Shown in pieces: positions 48,407-59,276 of a stretch of DNA of 64,000 nucleotides. This stretch comes from Candidatus Nomurabacteria bacterium (GTDB lineage: Bacteria > Patescibacteriota > Minisyncoccia > Phycocordibacterales > UBA9973), in contig JAHFNS010000001.1 of the NCBI GenBank assembly GCA_023267215.1, positions 174,710-238,709 on the forward strand, given 5' to 3'. The position numbers and the translations under genes were made by a program. Each line of letters starts with the position of its first letter. The stretch's first letter is position 1. Below the pieces are notes generated by a model. That model was not told where the DNA came from. It saw nothing but the letters and a program-made list of their open reading frames with translations, and did no database searches.

Positions 48407-49291
48407 TTAATTTTTTAAATATCTCTGTTTGTTTAATAAATGCTCTGCAAAAGTCTTCGCATAATGAATATTACCATCTTTATCATGTAAATAATAAAGA
48501 TAAGGTGAACTTACAGGATTTATAGCAGCTTCAATAGCTTTTATACCCGGATTAGAAATAGGATTTTCTGGTAATCCTTTCATTTTATAAGTGATAGAAG
48601 CGGCATCTACTTGTAAAGGCATACCCATAGCTATTCTTTTCCATAAAATTCCCGAGATAAATTTTCTATCTGTGTCTCCTTTTGATTCTTCTTCTATAAG
48701 AGAAGCCATAATAATGATATCTTTTTCAGATTTGCCAGATGACATAATCTGAGATTTTAAAATTGAGATTTTCTTTTCAAAATTATTACCCATAGCAGAC
48801 AAAACATCTTGTTCTCCATCAGTAGTTAAGAAAAAATATGTATCAGGAAAAAGATATCCCTCTTTTGCTTTTGCTAAAAAATTATCTTGATTAAAATTTG
48901 GTAATTTAGAAATAAAAGTTTTAGAAATATCGGATAAATTAAAACCTTCTGGAATCGTTACTTTTACTGGAGCCAAATGTCTTTCACCTTTTGCTAAACG
49001 TTTAGCAATTTCTATAACGGACAATTTATCTTCAAACAGATAGTCTCCAGAAATTATATGTTTCTCTCCGCCAAAAATTATAGCAAAAATCTCAAATAAG
49101 GCACGAGAATGAATAAGATTTTTTGTTTTTAAATCTTTAGAAATAGATCTTAAACTTGTTCCTTCTTTTATGCTTATAATCGTTCCCAAAGGAAAATCTT
49201 TTGGAGAATTAAAAAATAAAGAAAAAACTAATAAAAAAAGCACAATCAAACAAACTATATAGACAGTTTTAGATGAAGAAAAATTTAACAT
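48407..49291 (-). CDS. mltG: Endolytic transglycosylase MltG (YceG)
   Basis: VTIPEG, EGYLFPDTY, ASLIEEE, LQVDA, GLP..PISNPG. Confidence 0.92.
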   Translation of the reverse strand: MLNFSSSKTVYIVCLIVLFLLVFSLFFNSPKDFPLGTIISIKEGTSLRSISKDLKTKNLIHSRALFEIFAIIFGGEKHIISGDYLFEDKLSVIEIAKRLAKGERHLAPVKVTIPEGFNLSDISKTFISKLPNFNQDNFLAKAKEGYLFPDTYFFLTTDGEQDVLSAMGNNFEKKISILKSQIMSSGKSEKDIIIMASLIEEESKGDTDRKFISGILWKRIAMGMPLQVDAASITYKMKGLPENPISNPGIKAIEAAINPVSSPYLYYLHDKDGNIHYAKTFAEHLLNKQRYLKN

Positions 49292-49294
49292 AAG

Positions 49295-50590
49295 CTATGT
49301 AGGTAAATTTGTAGGTGGAGAAGCTTCTTTTGATTCGATACGTTCCAAAGAAGGAACTTTCAATATTTGACCTGGAAAATGCCATAAAGTAGCCAGCTCT
49401 TCAGTGTTTAAAATCATTATATGGTGATGAAAAAAGTTTGGAAATATCAAAGGAGAAAGAGGCCAAGGTAACTGAATTTTATGTCTCATTGGTGGATGGA
49501 AGAATTCTCTTTCTTGATACTCTTGCAACATTCTGTTTGATAAACGCATAATCTTTTTACTAGAAAGTGGGAAAAATCCAGAAATAAAGTTGGGACTCAT
49601 GGCATCTGCTTGTGTAGGGTTGATACGCCAAAGTTCGTTTATGAAAGGCTGAGCATATTGTCTAAAAATAAGACGAATATTTCTTCTATTGTTTATATTA
49701 AACAATTCTCTTTTTGCAACATAACAAACTCTAATACCGGTTTCAAAACCAACTTTCAACATTTTTCTGCCAGCCCCTTCCATCATTGGTCTCATAAAAT
49801 CAGGAGAACGAACTTCTTTCGAGTATGTCCCATCTGGTCTTTCTCGAGCACCAGTAAACTCTTCTAAGGCTTTTAAAATCACCTCTCTTCCTTCTTCTAC
49901 CCAATCATGAGTGCCAAACCAAGTTCCTTTTGTTTTATATTTTTTCTGTGAAGGAGTAACAACTATTTGCATCCACATTTGTTCTCCTTTCCCCATTGAA
50001 CCAAAAAGTTCAACCACTGGAGAAATAGGGTCAACTTTAAATTCTTCTTTCGGATCTTTGTCCAGCCCGAAATCAACATAAGTTTTAATCGGAAAAACAT
50101 CCGGCTTTAATAATTTAAACTCGCAACCCCATAAACTATATTCACTATTTACACTAATTTTATCAACGGCTAAAGTATAATCTTCCACTTCTTTTACTTG
50201 TGCTTGAGGATATTGTGCATACATCTGAGTTTCTATTAAACCTTTTACACGAGAAGGTGTACGAATATAAAAATGAACTTGTCCTTCAATAGAGGCTATC
50301 TCTAGTGAGAACCAAAACCAGACAGCCCCTTGCCAGTATGTCTCAAGCCCACTTTTTTGGCTCCAGTGATATAAGGCATTGGTTATAAAAAGTTCCATTG
50401 CTTTCGGAGACCTCAAAACATCTCGTGGAGGGACAATTTCAAGTAAAACCCACTCGATACCAGAAATAAAATTGGCCTGCACATAATGCAACCAAAATTG
50501 ATGAGCAATATAAACTAAAAGTGCTGTACCCAAAAAAGGTAAAATACCTAAAATTATTTTATAAATCCAAAGGATGATTAAATCTGCCAT
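49295..50590 (-). CDS. Conserved hypothetical membrane protein, possible partner of the VirB4-like ATPases
   Basis: N-terminal TM, LLEI.PP, FSLEI, YAQYP, ILNTEELATLWHFP. Confidence 0.65.
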   Translation of the reverse strand: MADLIILWIYKIILGILPFLGTALLVYIAHQFWLHYVQANFISGIEWVLLEIVPPRDVLRSPKAMELFITNALYHWSQKSGLETYWQGAVWFWFSLEIASIEGQVHFYIRTPSRVKGLIETQMYAQYPQAQVKEVEDYTLAVDKISVNSEYSLWGCEFKLLKPDVFPIKTYVDFGLDKDPKEEFKVDPISPVVELFGSMGKGEQMWMQIVVTPSQKKYKTKGTWFGTHDWVEEGREVILKALEEFTGARERPDGTYSKEVRSPDFMRPMMEGAGRKMLKVGFETGIRVCYVAKRELFNINNRRNIRLIFRQYAQPFINELWRINPTQADAMSPNFISGFFPLSSKKIMRLSNRMLQEYQEREFFHPPMRHKIQLPWPLSPLIFPNFFHHHIMILNTEELATLWHFPGQILKVPSLERIESKEASPPTNLPT

Positions 50591-50633
50591 TAGTTATATT
50601 TTAATATAAAAAAGAAAATAAAGAAAGAAAATA

Positions 50634-50672
50634 CCCCTAAGCTCCGCTTAGGGGTTCCAGAAGCCCAGCTTA
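50634..50672. repeat. Family A palindrome plus partial second unit
   Basis: CCCCTAAGC-TCC-GCTTAGGGG...AAGCCCAGCTTA. Confidence 0.75.
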
Positions 50673-50673
50673 T

Positions 50674-51702
50674 TTACACCAAAGCATAAAGCCCATTCTT
50701 GTTTTTCTTAAAGAATTTAGGATTTACAAGATTGACTAAAATAGTATTCTTCTTAAAATATCTTTCTTTCATTACTCTTTCTACTATATCTTCTTTTGAG
50801 AGTGGACCTTCTTTTTTTAAGATATCTTTTATGACTTCTCTGGCAATACCAGTCTTGTATCCCCATTCAGCTAACGCATAAAGCCCACGACCGACAAGTA
50901 CAAATCTAGAATCTTTGATAAGTTCATTGTGGCAAGTGGCATAATGAGTCTTCTTGCCAAAAGTCTTAGAAATAGCATCCGCTACTTCTCTAAAATGCAT
51001 TGGAGAACCGTGACGTCTCATTACTAGAAAAGCATAATCTTTCACTCCGCGAGTACGAACATTTGGTGAGCTTAATTTACCCCATTCCCCTAATGGATTT
51101 TTAGAAATTGTTTTAGATATAGAAAGCCATCTCTTTGCTATTTCATCATTTTTATATTGTTCTGACACATCTTTCATTTGGTCAAAAAACTTTTTAATCA
51201 TTTCTGCTTCCAAGACAAGATCTTCATCTTTTAAAGATGAATAGAGTTTTTTTAGAGAATCATGAACTTTTTCTGCCATTTCATCATCTACGCTCCAACG
51301 AGTCTTAAAATGATCATCTTCACGATGTTTCTTAAAATAATCTCCCAATTCTAGATAAAAATGAATATGATTTTGAGTATTTTTATCTTTGGAAATATGA
51401 GCTAAAAGATCATGTTCGGCAACAATTGAACCTAAAGAATGTATAACTTGTTTAAGTTCTTCAAAAATTACTTGCTCTTCTTTATAAGCAGCAGATTTTT
51501 TTATCAAAGCGAGTGCAGCATCTTCAATCTGACGAACACGCTCTCTGGTGATGTTGTATTTCTTGCCTATTTCTTCTAAAGTCTTCCTCTCGGCGTCAGC
51601 TGTCAAACCAAAACGATTCATAATGACATCGCGAGTACGGTCTTGAAGATGTGAAGTTATTTTTTTAGTGACTTGTTTTGGTTTAAAAGATATTATTGCC
51701 AT
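50674..51702 (-). CDS. Sigma70 region-4 domain protein with C-terminal winged HTH (RpoE/HARE-like)
   Basis: RFGL...TLEEIG....ITRERVRQIE; PMHF, HNELI...FVLVGRGLYAL.EW. Confidence 0.75.
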   Translation of the reverse strand: MAIISFKPKQVTKKITSHLQDRTRDVIMNRFGLTADAERKTLEEIGKKYNITRERVRQIEDAALALIKKSAAYKEEQVIFEELKQVIHSLGSIVAEHDLLAHISKDKNTQNHIHFYLELGDYFKKHREDDHFKTRWSVDDEMAEKVHDSLKKLYSSLKDEDLVLEAEMIKKFFDQMKDVSEQYKNDEIAKRWLSISKTISKNPLGEWGKLSSPNVRTRGVKDYAFLVMRRHGSPMHFREVADAISKTFGKKTHYATCHNELIKDSRFVLVGRGLYALAEWGYKTGIAREVIKDILKKEGPLSKEDIVERVMKERYFKKNTILVNLVNPKFFKKNKNGLYALV

Positions 51703-51771
51703 AATTTTTTTATTAATTAAATTTAATACTTTTATAATACACCTATGTCAACTTAATGTCAAATCTCCCAA

Positions 51772-53586
51772 CTACTTTTTTCTTAATGCTCTCGCTCGAT
51801 CTATCTCAGTAAGATATTTTTTACGAATTCGGACTGATTTCGGAGTGATTTCTAAATATTCATCTCCATTCATAACCTCAAGGCCTCGTTCAATACTCAA
51901 GGTAAATACAGGATTTAAATAAATTGCTTCATCAGTACCTGAAGCTCTCATGTTTGTAAGCTGTTTACCTTTGGTAGGATTTACTGACATATCGTCTCCT
52001 TTTAAGACATTACCAATAACCATACCTTCATATACCTCTGTACCGTGATCAACATACATTATACCACGTTCTTGTAAATTTGCAAGAGAAAAAGTTACAG
52101 CTTTACCAGGGACCATAGAAACCATAGAACCATACTCTCTCCTTTTTATTTCCCCTGCATACTCCTTAAAGCCTATAACCCTAGAAGACATTATGCCTTC
52201 CCCTTTTGTATCTATAATAAATTCTCCACGGTATCCTAATAATCCACGTGTTGGTATGTCAAAAACGATTCTCGCAACACCATGCTTCTCTGACATGTCT
52301 TTCATTAAACCTCTTCTTTTATTAATTTTTTCTATAACTCCTCCAGAAGACTCCATCGGTACATCTATCACTAATTCTTCATACGGCTCTGTCATCACGC
52401 CATCTTGTTCTTTAATAATAACTTCTGGTTGAGAAACCTGCATTTCAAATCCTTCTCTACGCATGTTTTCCAATAAAATAGCAATATGAAGCTCTCCTCT
52501 TCCGTAAATTTTAAAGAAACTAGGTCCCATTTTATCGCCTTGATCTGGAGAAAAATCAACTTTTAATCCGACATTTATTTCAAGTTCTTTTTCCAATCTC
52601 TCTTTGATTTGTCGAGAAGTGACAAATTTACCTTCGCGGCCAGCAAATGGAGAATCATTCACCAAAAAATTTAAAGATAAAGTCGGTTCGTCAATCGCGA
52701 TATGCGGGAGTTGCTCTACACTTTCATCTTCACAAATAGTTTCTCCAATATAAATATCTGGAATACCAGACAAAAGTACAATATCACCAGAAGTCGCTTC
52801 TCTCACCTCTTTTCTATTTATTCCTTCAAAACCGAAAAGCTTGGTTATCTTACCTACTCTCGTGCTAGCTTGTTCTCCTTTTATAAAAACCTGGCTTCCT
52901 GAAATCATTTTGCCAGAATAAATTCTAGCGACAGCCATACGTCCTAAAAAATTGTCATAGCCTAAGTTGAAAACTTGAGCAGACATTTTCCCCTCTGCGT
53001 TTAAAGAAGCTGGTGACACATGTTCTAGTATCATATCTAATAATGGAGACAAATCTTCACTTTTATCTCTATCCTCTAATTTTCTAAAAGCTTTTCCTTC
53101 ACGTCCTATAGCATATACTGTCTCGAAATTTGCTTGGTCATCATTTGCACCCAATTCAAAAAACAATTCTAAAACTTCTTCATGCACTCTATGCGGATCT
53201 GAAGCAGGTTTATCTATCTTATTTATAACTACAATAGGCTTGATACCAAGTTCAAGAGATTTCTTCAAAACAAATCTAGTCTGTGGCATTGGTCCTTCTA
53301 CGGCATCCACAAGCAATAAAACTGAATCTACGGCTCTTAGCACACGTTCTACTTCTGAACCGAAATCTGCGTGGCCAGGAGTATCTACAATATTTATTTT
53401 CGTACCCTTATACATTATAGAGGTATTTTTGGAATAAATAGTAATACCTCGCTCTTTTTCTAGAGCGTTTGAATCCATTGATATATTTTCATCTTGAAGC
53501 CCTCCGTTTTGTTTCATCAAGGCATCCGTCAGAGTCGTCTTGCCATGGTCCACGTGGGCGATGATTGCGATATTGCGTATTTCCAT
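51772..53586 (-). CDS. typA: Translational GTPase TypA/BipA
   Basis: [42 protein letters not shown]. Confidence 0.97.
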   Translation of the reverse strand: MEIRNIAIIAHVDHGKTTLTDALMKQNGGLQDENISMDSNALEKERGITIYSKNTSIMYKGTKINIVDTPGHADFGSEVERVLRAVDSVLLLVDAVEGPMPQTRFVLKKSLELGIKPIVVINKIDKPASDPHRVHEEVLELFFELGANDDQANFETVYAIGREGKAFRKLEDRDKSEDLSPLLDMILEHVSPASLNAEGKMSAQVFNLGYDNFLGRMAVARIYSGKMISGSQVFIKGEQASTRVGKITKLFGFEGINRKEVREATSGDIVLLSGIPDIYIGETICEDESVEQLPHIAIDEPTLSLNFLVNDSPFAGREGKFVTSRQIKERLEKELEINVGLKVDFSPDQGDKMGPSFFKIYGRGELHIAILLENMRREGFEMQVSQPEVIIKEQDGVMTEPYEELVIDVPMESSGGVIEKINKRRGLMKDMSEKHGVARIVFDIPTRGLLGYRGEFIIDTKGEGIMSSRVIGFKEYAGEIKRREYGSMVSMVPGKAVTFSLANLQERGIMYVDHGTEVYEGMVIGNVLKGDDMSVNPTKGKQLTNMRASGTDEAIYLNPVFTLSIERGLEVMNGDEYLEITPKSVRIRKKYLTEIDRARALRKK

Positions 53587-53679
53587 ACAATAATTCTTTT
53601 GTAAACGAAAAAAGCCCTTGGGCTCTCATTCGATTAAATATATAATAGCATACTTTTTAAAAAATAACAAATAAAATAA

Positions 53680-53711
53680 TAAAAGGAGTGCGTTTTTCAT
53701 TGCACTCCTTT
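53680..53711. terminator. Intrinsic terminator after the receiver gene
   Basis: AAAAGGAGTGC...GCACTCCTTT. Confidence 0.7.
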
Positions 53712-53718
53712 AAACATT

Positions 53719-54183
53719 TTACTCTTTACAAACTATCACCCCGACCCTTGACTCAGAACGGTCTAAGGGGAAAGGTTTTTTTGATAAAAAAATTTGCTGT
53801 TTAGAATTTAAAATTGCTTCCAATTCAGAAGCAAAATCTTCCAAGTTTATTAATCTTTTCTCTACTAAAATCTCTGGCTCAGCAAAGTATTCAATCGCCT
53901 TTACCATAGATATTCTCTGCTGATCCTTGTCAATGAAGCAAGCAATTATAGAAATACTATTGTTCCGATCATGAATATTTTTAAATAATTTTTGGATATC
54001 GGTGTTTGAAAGTTCAATATCAAAAATTACTGCAAAATAATTCGTCCCGTCCCATATTTCCTCTAACGCCTGTTGTCCTGAGGAAACAATTATAAACTTG
54101 TAACCCCATTTGTTTAGATAATTACTAAGTAGTTTGGAAGTTAAGTAATCATCTTCAATAATTAGAATTTTTTTACTAAACAT
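53719..54183 (-). CDS. Divergent single-domain response regulator
   Basis: ILIIEDD, VIFDIEL; AAGGAGG SD. Confidence 0.75.
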   Translation of the reverse strand: MFSKKILIIEDDYLTSKLLSNYLNKWGYKFIIVSSGQQALEEIWDGTNYFAVIFDIELSNTDIQKLFKNIHDRNNSISIIACFIDKDQQRISMVKAIEYFAEPEILVEKRLINLEDFASELEAILNSKQQIFLSKKPFPLDRSESRVGVIVCKE

Positions 54184-54228
54184 ATGTCCTCCTTTTAAGT
54201 CAACAACTTATTTCTTAATAAAGAATAA

Positions 54229-54462
54229 TTAATTACATTGAGCTTTGATTAATTTAATGCCTTCATCAGAATACCTGCAAAGAATGACTTTGCCCTGTTT
54301 TTCTGAATCTTTTCTTGCTTCCTTTATCCTTGTTTCTAAAGAATTGATTATTTGATCATCTACTTCCTGATCAGGACAAAAATCAATTTCTTCATCCCCA
54401 AAGTTCATATTACTACAGAAGTCAAAAATTCTTTGAAGAGATGTATAAACAATGGTAGCCAT
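54229..54462 (-). CDS. Small hypothetical protein
   Basis: 77 aa with GGAGG SD, co-oriented with the receiver gene. Confidence 0.6.
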   Translation of the reverse strand: MATIVYTSLQRIFDFCSNMNFGDEEIDFCPDQEVDDQIINSLETRIKEARKDSEKQGKVILCRYSDEGIKLIKAQCN

Positions 54463-54547
54463 TGTGCCTCCGATTTAATTGTAAAAATAACTAAATTTAT
54501 TTACCTAAAAGATTACAACTTTATAGAAAAAAGTCAATGCGTGGATT

Positions 54548-55033
54548 TTAAGAAAAAACATTGTGAGATTTTATGTAACGATACTCGTGAATCGTTAAAG
54601 AGATGATGACTACATCAAGAATTGTGAGCAATAGCAATGGAATTGAAAAGGTATGGAAATAACGATAAATTTCATAAATAATAAATAGGCTGAAAACTAC
54701 GATGGAAACGGGATAAGCCAAAAGCTTTCTTCTTAGTAGTCCGACTACCAATAAAAGCTTGATGACACCATGAGTAAGTAAATAAAAAGCTAAAAGATAT
54801 TTTGTATGAATAGAAAAATTATTAATTATAGTCATAAAATAATTCGCAAAGAAGTCTCTAGGATCTTCTAAGAGCTCACCATGAGAAAGAAATGCGACGA
54901 CAGAAACGATAAAAGTTTTCGTCACAAAAAAAGCGATAATTCCTGTAACAATTTCGAGAAAAGCATACACCCCCTTCACGACGACGATCACTTCAAATAT
55001 AGAATGAATTTTTTTTTCGCTGATCTTTTTCAC
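54548..55033 (-). CDS. DUF2127-like membrane protein
   Basis: KG..A.LE...G, EL.EDP.D, YLL.HG.IK, AYP, IYE.Y; GTG start. Confidence 0.75.
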   Translation of the reverse strand: MKKISEKKIHSIFEVIVVVKGVYAFLEIVTGIIAFFVTKTFIVSVVAFLSHGELLEDPRDFFANYFMTIINNFSIHTKYLLAFYLLTHGVIKLLLVVGLLRRKLLAYPVSIVVFSLFIIYEIYRYFHTFSIPLLLLTILDVVIISLTIHEYRYIKSHNVFS

Positions 55034-55059
55034 ATATTAATGATAGCACAAATTAATTG

Positions 55060-55142
55060 TGCGCCGGGTAGGATTCGAACCTACGTAGCCCGAAGGCGAC
55101 AGATTTACAGTCTGTTGTAATTGACCACTCTACCACCGACGC
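55060..55142 (-). tRNA. tRNA-Tyr(GTA)
   Basis: Cloverleaf, anticodon loop CTGTAAA, long variable arm, GTTCGAA. Confidence 0.95.
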
Positions 55143-55296
55143 ATTAGTATAAATTAACATAAAATAACTTTTTTTGCATCTTATTTATTCTCACTTTACA
55201 TTCATTGATTAATCCTATATGAAGTGGTATCCTTACCATAAATAGATTTAGTCTCTGTTTAAAAAACAATTTGACAATAAAATCTCGGAGGTAAAA

Positions 55297-55725
55297 TTGA
55301 ACAAAATAAAAGTATTACTCGTGGAAGATTCAAAGGAATTACAATGCGTTCTTTTTAATCTTCTAAAAGAAAATGGCTTCGACTATATTTCATGTGCAGA
55401 CAACGGCAAAGAAGCCATTGAACTTTCTGAAATAGATGATTTTGATTTAATCATAATGGATATGCAAATGCCCGTTATAAATGGTTTTGAAGCATCTGAA
55501 AAGATTCGCAAAATGCTGGGTTATGGGAAAATTCCAATCTTCGCATTGCATTTTTATGACTCAGAAATAGACATAAAAATGTGTGTTGAAGCTGGAGCCA
55601 CAAAAGTCTTCAAAAAACCACTTAATCAAAAAGATTTAATTTTCAAAGTAAAAGAGTGTTTTCCAAAAGACGCTCCTAAAAAAATAGGGAAACGCCGTTA
55701 TACAAACAAAAAACCGTTTGCATAA
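55297..55725 (+). CDS. CheY-like single-domain response regulator
   Basis: VLLVEDS, DLIIMDMQMP..NG, KP; GGAGG SD and TTG start. Confidence 0.88.
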   Translation: MNKIKVLLVEDSKELQCVLFNLLKENGFDYISCADNGKEAIELSEIDDFDLIIMDMQMPVINGFEASEKIRKMLGYGKIPIFALHFYDSEIDIKMCVEAGATKVFKKPLNQKDLIFKVKECFPKDAPKKIGKRRYTNKKPFA

Positions 55726-55739
55726 CGGCTTTTTGTTTT
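55709..55739. terminator. Hairpin at the convergent junction of the receiver gene and clpB
   Basis: AAAAACCGTT-TGCAT-AACGGCTTTTT. Confidence 0.6.
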
Positions 55740-58427
55740 TTATACTCTGCTTTTTGATTTTAGATGGATTGGACTTTTAACTCTCGATTTTTTAGTTTCA
55801 ATAAGAAGCTCGTCGTTTTTGACGGAAACAAATACAGTGTCCCCTTTCTTCACATTATTAGAGATTATGAAATTTGCCACAGGGTTTAAGATTTTATTTT
55901 GTATCAAGCGATTGAGTGGTCTTGCACCATAGTGTGGATCGTATCCTTCTTTTGCTAGGAAAGACAATGCTTCTTCAGAAACCTTAAAATCAATCTCTTT
56001 TGCGAGGAGTCTTTCTTTCACAACTTTCATTCTCAAATCAACGATGCCTTTGATAGCTTCTTCTGAAAGAATATCAAAAACAATAATCTCATCCAGACGA
56101 TTTATAAATTCTGGTCGAAAATGATCCTTCATTGCTTCCATTACTTTATCTTTCATATTACTATAATCTTCTTTGTCGGATTTATTTGAAAATCCAATTG
56201 ATTCCATTTTTTCTATAAACTGTGAGCCAATATTGGAAGTCAAAATAATAATGGCATTTTTGAAATTAACTACTCTCCCTTTACCATCCGTCAATCTTCC
56301 TTCATCAATAACCTGTAATAACATATTGAAAACTTCCGGATGAGCTTTTTCTATCTCGTCAAAAAGTATTACGGAAAATGGACGATGACGAATAGATTCA
56401 GTGAGTTGTCCTGCTTCATCATAGCCAACATATCCTGGAGGAGAACCGATAAGTTTAGAAATAGAATGTTTTTCCATATATTCAGACATATCAACACGAA
56501 TGAGAGAGCTGTCGTCGTTAAACATAAATTGTGCCAAAGCCTTAGTAAGTTCTGTTTTACCGACTCCTGTTGGCCCTAGGAAAATAAAGGAGCCATTAGG
56601 TCTATTCGGGTCTCCAATACCTGCACGTGAACGACGAATGACATCTGAGACACGCTTAATAGCTTCATCTTGACCGACTACTCTCTTCTTCAATTCTTCT
56701 TCCATTCTTTGTAATTTTGCACGATCTTCTTCAAGCATTTTTGTAAGTGGAATACCCGTCCAACGTGCAACGACTTCAGCAATATCTTCAGTAGTCACTT
56801 CTTCTTTCAAGATTCTGCGTAACTTTTGAAGTTTTTGTAAACGCGTAAGTTTTATTTCTAACTCTTTTTTCAAAATAGGTATTTTACCATAACGGATTTC
56901 AGCAGCTTTAGATAAATCAGATCTCATTTCTGCATCTTCAGCTAAAAGACGCAAGACATCCAATTCTTTTTTGATAGAACGAATCTCAACAACTGTTTCT
57001 TTTTCGTTTTGCCATTTTAACTCAAGTTCTTTTGTTTTTTCGTGTAAATTGGCAATCTCTTTATCTATTTCTTTTATTCTTAACTTATTTTTTGTATCTT
57101 TAATATTTTTTGTATCATTTTCAATTTCTGTTTTTAATGCTTCTTTTTCAATTTCTAGACGCATAATTCTTCGATGAGCATCTTCTAAAACAGGAGGCTT
57201 ATTTTCAAGTGCAATTTTTAAAGAAGAAGAAGCTTCATCTATAAGATCAACAGCTTTATCTGGTAAAAATCTATTTGTCACATAACGAGTCGAAAGATTT
57301 ACTGCAGAAATTATTGCATCATCGGTAATTCTCACACCGTGGAAAAGTTCATATTTCTCTTTAAGGCCACGCAGAATAGTGATGGCATCATCCACACTCG
57401 GTTCATCGATATAAACTGGTTGGAAACGTCTGGCAAGTGCTGGATCTTTTTCAATATGTTTTTGATATTCTTTCAAAGTCGTCGCGCCAACAGCTCGAAG
57501 CTCTCCACGAGAAAGCGCAGGCTTCAACATATTTGAGGCATCCATTGTGCCCTCTCCGCCACCAGCCCCAACGATAGTGTGAATTTCGTCAATAAAAAGA
57601 ATTATTTTACCATCTGCTCTTTCTATTTCTTTCATTATCCCTTTTAATCTTTCTTCAAATTCTCCACGATATTTTGTGCCAGCAATAAGAGAACCTAAAT
57701 CAAGCGAAACAAGTTCTTTTTCTTTTAAAGATTCAGGCACGTTACCTTTAGCAATACGTTCTGCCAAACCTTCGACTACAGCTGTTTTTCCTGTACCTGC
57801 TTCTCCGATTAAAATTGGATTATTTTTCGTTCGACGCGAAAGAATTTGTATAATTCGCATTATTTCATTATCTCTTCCTATCACAGGATCCAACTTATCT
57901 TCTTTGGCTAATTTTGTAAGATTGCGGGTATATTTCAAAATTAATTTAAATTTTTTAGGCTCTCCAGCATCTGTAATATTTTGATTGCGGAGTTCTTCTA
58001 GCACTTTCAAAACAGGCTCTTTTAAAATTCGAAATCGTGCCAATACTTCTTTCGCCTCACCACCAACTTCGAGCATAGCAATAAAAAGATGTTCAGTAGA
58101 AACAAAATCATCTTTCATATATTCTGCTAGTTTTACAGAATGTTCTATCACCTGTGCTAAATCAGGATTGAGATAAATTTGATATGCAGGTGAAAGAGTA
58201 CTACGAGATTCTGGTGTTTCGATAGATTCTAAAATAGAGTCAGTTAAAAATACTATATCCACTTCCAATTTATCTAAAATAGAATTAACCATGCTTTCTT
58301 CCTGAAGCAAAAGAGCAGCTAGTAAATGCAAAGAAGAGACATGATTTTGTCCACGTTCAATAGCTAGCTCATGAGCTTTTTTGATTGCGTCTTTTGATTT
58401 AGTTGTGAATTTATTAAGTGGTGGCAT
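55740..58427 (-). CDS. clpB: ATP-dependent chaperone ClpB
   Basis: Clp-N repeats, two AAA+ domains ([16 protein letters not shown]), long M-domain, GARPL. Confidence 0.96.
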   Translation of the reverse strand: MPPLNKFTTKSKDAIKKAHELAIERGQNHVSSLHLLAALLLQEESMVNSILDKLEVDIVFLTDSILESIETPESRSTLSPAYQIYLNPDLAQVIEHSVKLAEYMKDDFVSTEHLFIAMLEVGGEAKEVLARFRILKEPVLKVLEELRNQNITDAGEPKKFKLILKYTRNLTKLAKEDKLDPVIGRDNEIMRIIQILSRRTKNNPILIGEAGTGKTAVVEGLAERIAKGNVPESLKEKELVSLDLGSLIAGTKYRGEFEERLKGIMKEIERADGKIILFIDEIHTIVGAGGGEGTMDASNMLKPALSRGELRAVGATTLKEYQKHIEKDPALARRFQPVYIDEPSVDDAITILRGLKEKYELFHGVRITDDAIISAVNLSTRYVTNRFLPDKAVDLIDEASSSLKIALENKPPVLEDAHRRIMRLEIEKEALKTEIENDTKNIKDTKNKLRIKEIDKEIANLHEKTKELELKWQNEKETVVEIRSIKKELDVLRLLAEDAEMRSDLSKAAEIRYGKIPILKKELEIKLTRLQKLQKLRRILKEEVTTEDIAEVVARWTGIPLTKMLEEDRAKLQRMEEELKKRVVGQDEAIKRVSDVIRRSRAGIGDPNRPNGSFIFLGPTGVGKTELTKALAQFMFNDDSSLIRVDMSEYMEKHSISKLIGSPPGYVGYDEAGQLTESIRHRPFSVILFDEIEKAHPEVFNMLLQVIDEGRLTDGKGRVVNFKNAIIILTSNIGSQFIEKMESIGFSNKSDKEDYSNMKDKVMEAMKDHFRPEFINRLDEIIVFDILSEEAIKGIVDLRMKVVKERLLAKEIDFKVSEEALSFLAKEGYDPHYGARPLNRLIQNKILNPVANFIISNNVKKGDTVFVSVKNDELLIETKKSRVKSPIHLKSKSRV

Positions 58428-58493
58428 ACGTAATAGTTATAAAGTTAAAAGTTTATAAAGTAGAAAGTTAAATAGAGAAGCTAGAAAATAATT

Positions 58494-59273
58494 TTATGGC
58501 GTGGTTTTTGTTTCTGGTTTAGAATCTTTTGTTTTTAGTGCTTCAAGTATTGAATTAATTGGGGTAAAAGAAGTGACGTCACCTGATAATGCTATACCTA
58601 AAATATCTCCATCTAAGTCAAGTACCAACCCGCCAGCATTTGCTTTTGTAACATTAAATCTCATATCTTTGTTTCCATCAAAAATAAAAGAAGATACTGT
58701 ACTACCAAAAACTAAAATTTTCTGGCCTATCTTCATTTTACTTAAATCTCCAAAGGTGGGTAATGTGAAAGCAATTTTATTCTTTTCATCAAGAGGTGCT
58801 CCTACTTTTAAAAAAGAAAAACCATTTTTATCAAGAGAAACAAAACTTGCTTTAAATTTGCCACTATCATTTTTTACATAATATATTCCGACATCTGACA
58901 CAAGTGTACCGTCAGCCACAATAATGTCATCATTAGAAATCACAAAACCTCTCCCAGCCCCTACTTCAATAATTTTACCATCGACGTCTTGTGTTTCTTT
59001 AGTGATAGTGAAAACAGATGATTGATTTTTAGCAATTGCATCAACTACCAAATCTTCCTCTTTTATAACTACAGTCTGTACTGTATTTTTGATTTCACCT
59101 GGTACTATTTTTTCAACTGTCTGTCTAATAACACGATTTATGGGAGCAGTTACTGATGTCGGTGCTTGCTGCATTAAAGTCACTGTCGTAATACCTGTCG
59201 CAATAGAAGTGACAAAAGAAAGCAATATGGCAAGTAATATAAGCTGAGGTTTATTTAAATCTTTAATATCCAT
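58494..59273 (-). CDS. HtrA/trypsin-like protein, catalytic residues apparently lost
   Basis: GRGFVIS.D.IIVADG.LV (His missing), GD...KIGQ, ANAGG (Ser replaced), LDG.ILGI. Confidence 0.65.
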   Translation of the reverse strand: MDIKDLNKPQLILLAILLSFVTSIATGITTVTLMQQAPTSVTAPINRVIRQTVEKIVPGEIKNTVQTVVIKEEDLVVDAIAKNQSSVFTITKETQDVDGKIIEVGAGRGFVISNDDIIVADGTLVSDVGIYYVKNDSGKFKASFVSLDKNGFSFLKVGAPLDEKNKIAFTLPTFGDLSKMKIGQKILVFGSTVSSFIFDGNKDMRFNVTKANAGGLVLDLDGDILGIALSGDVTSFTPINSILEALKTKDSKPETKTTP

Positions 59274-59276
59274 ACG

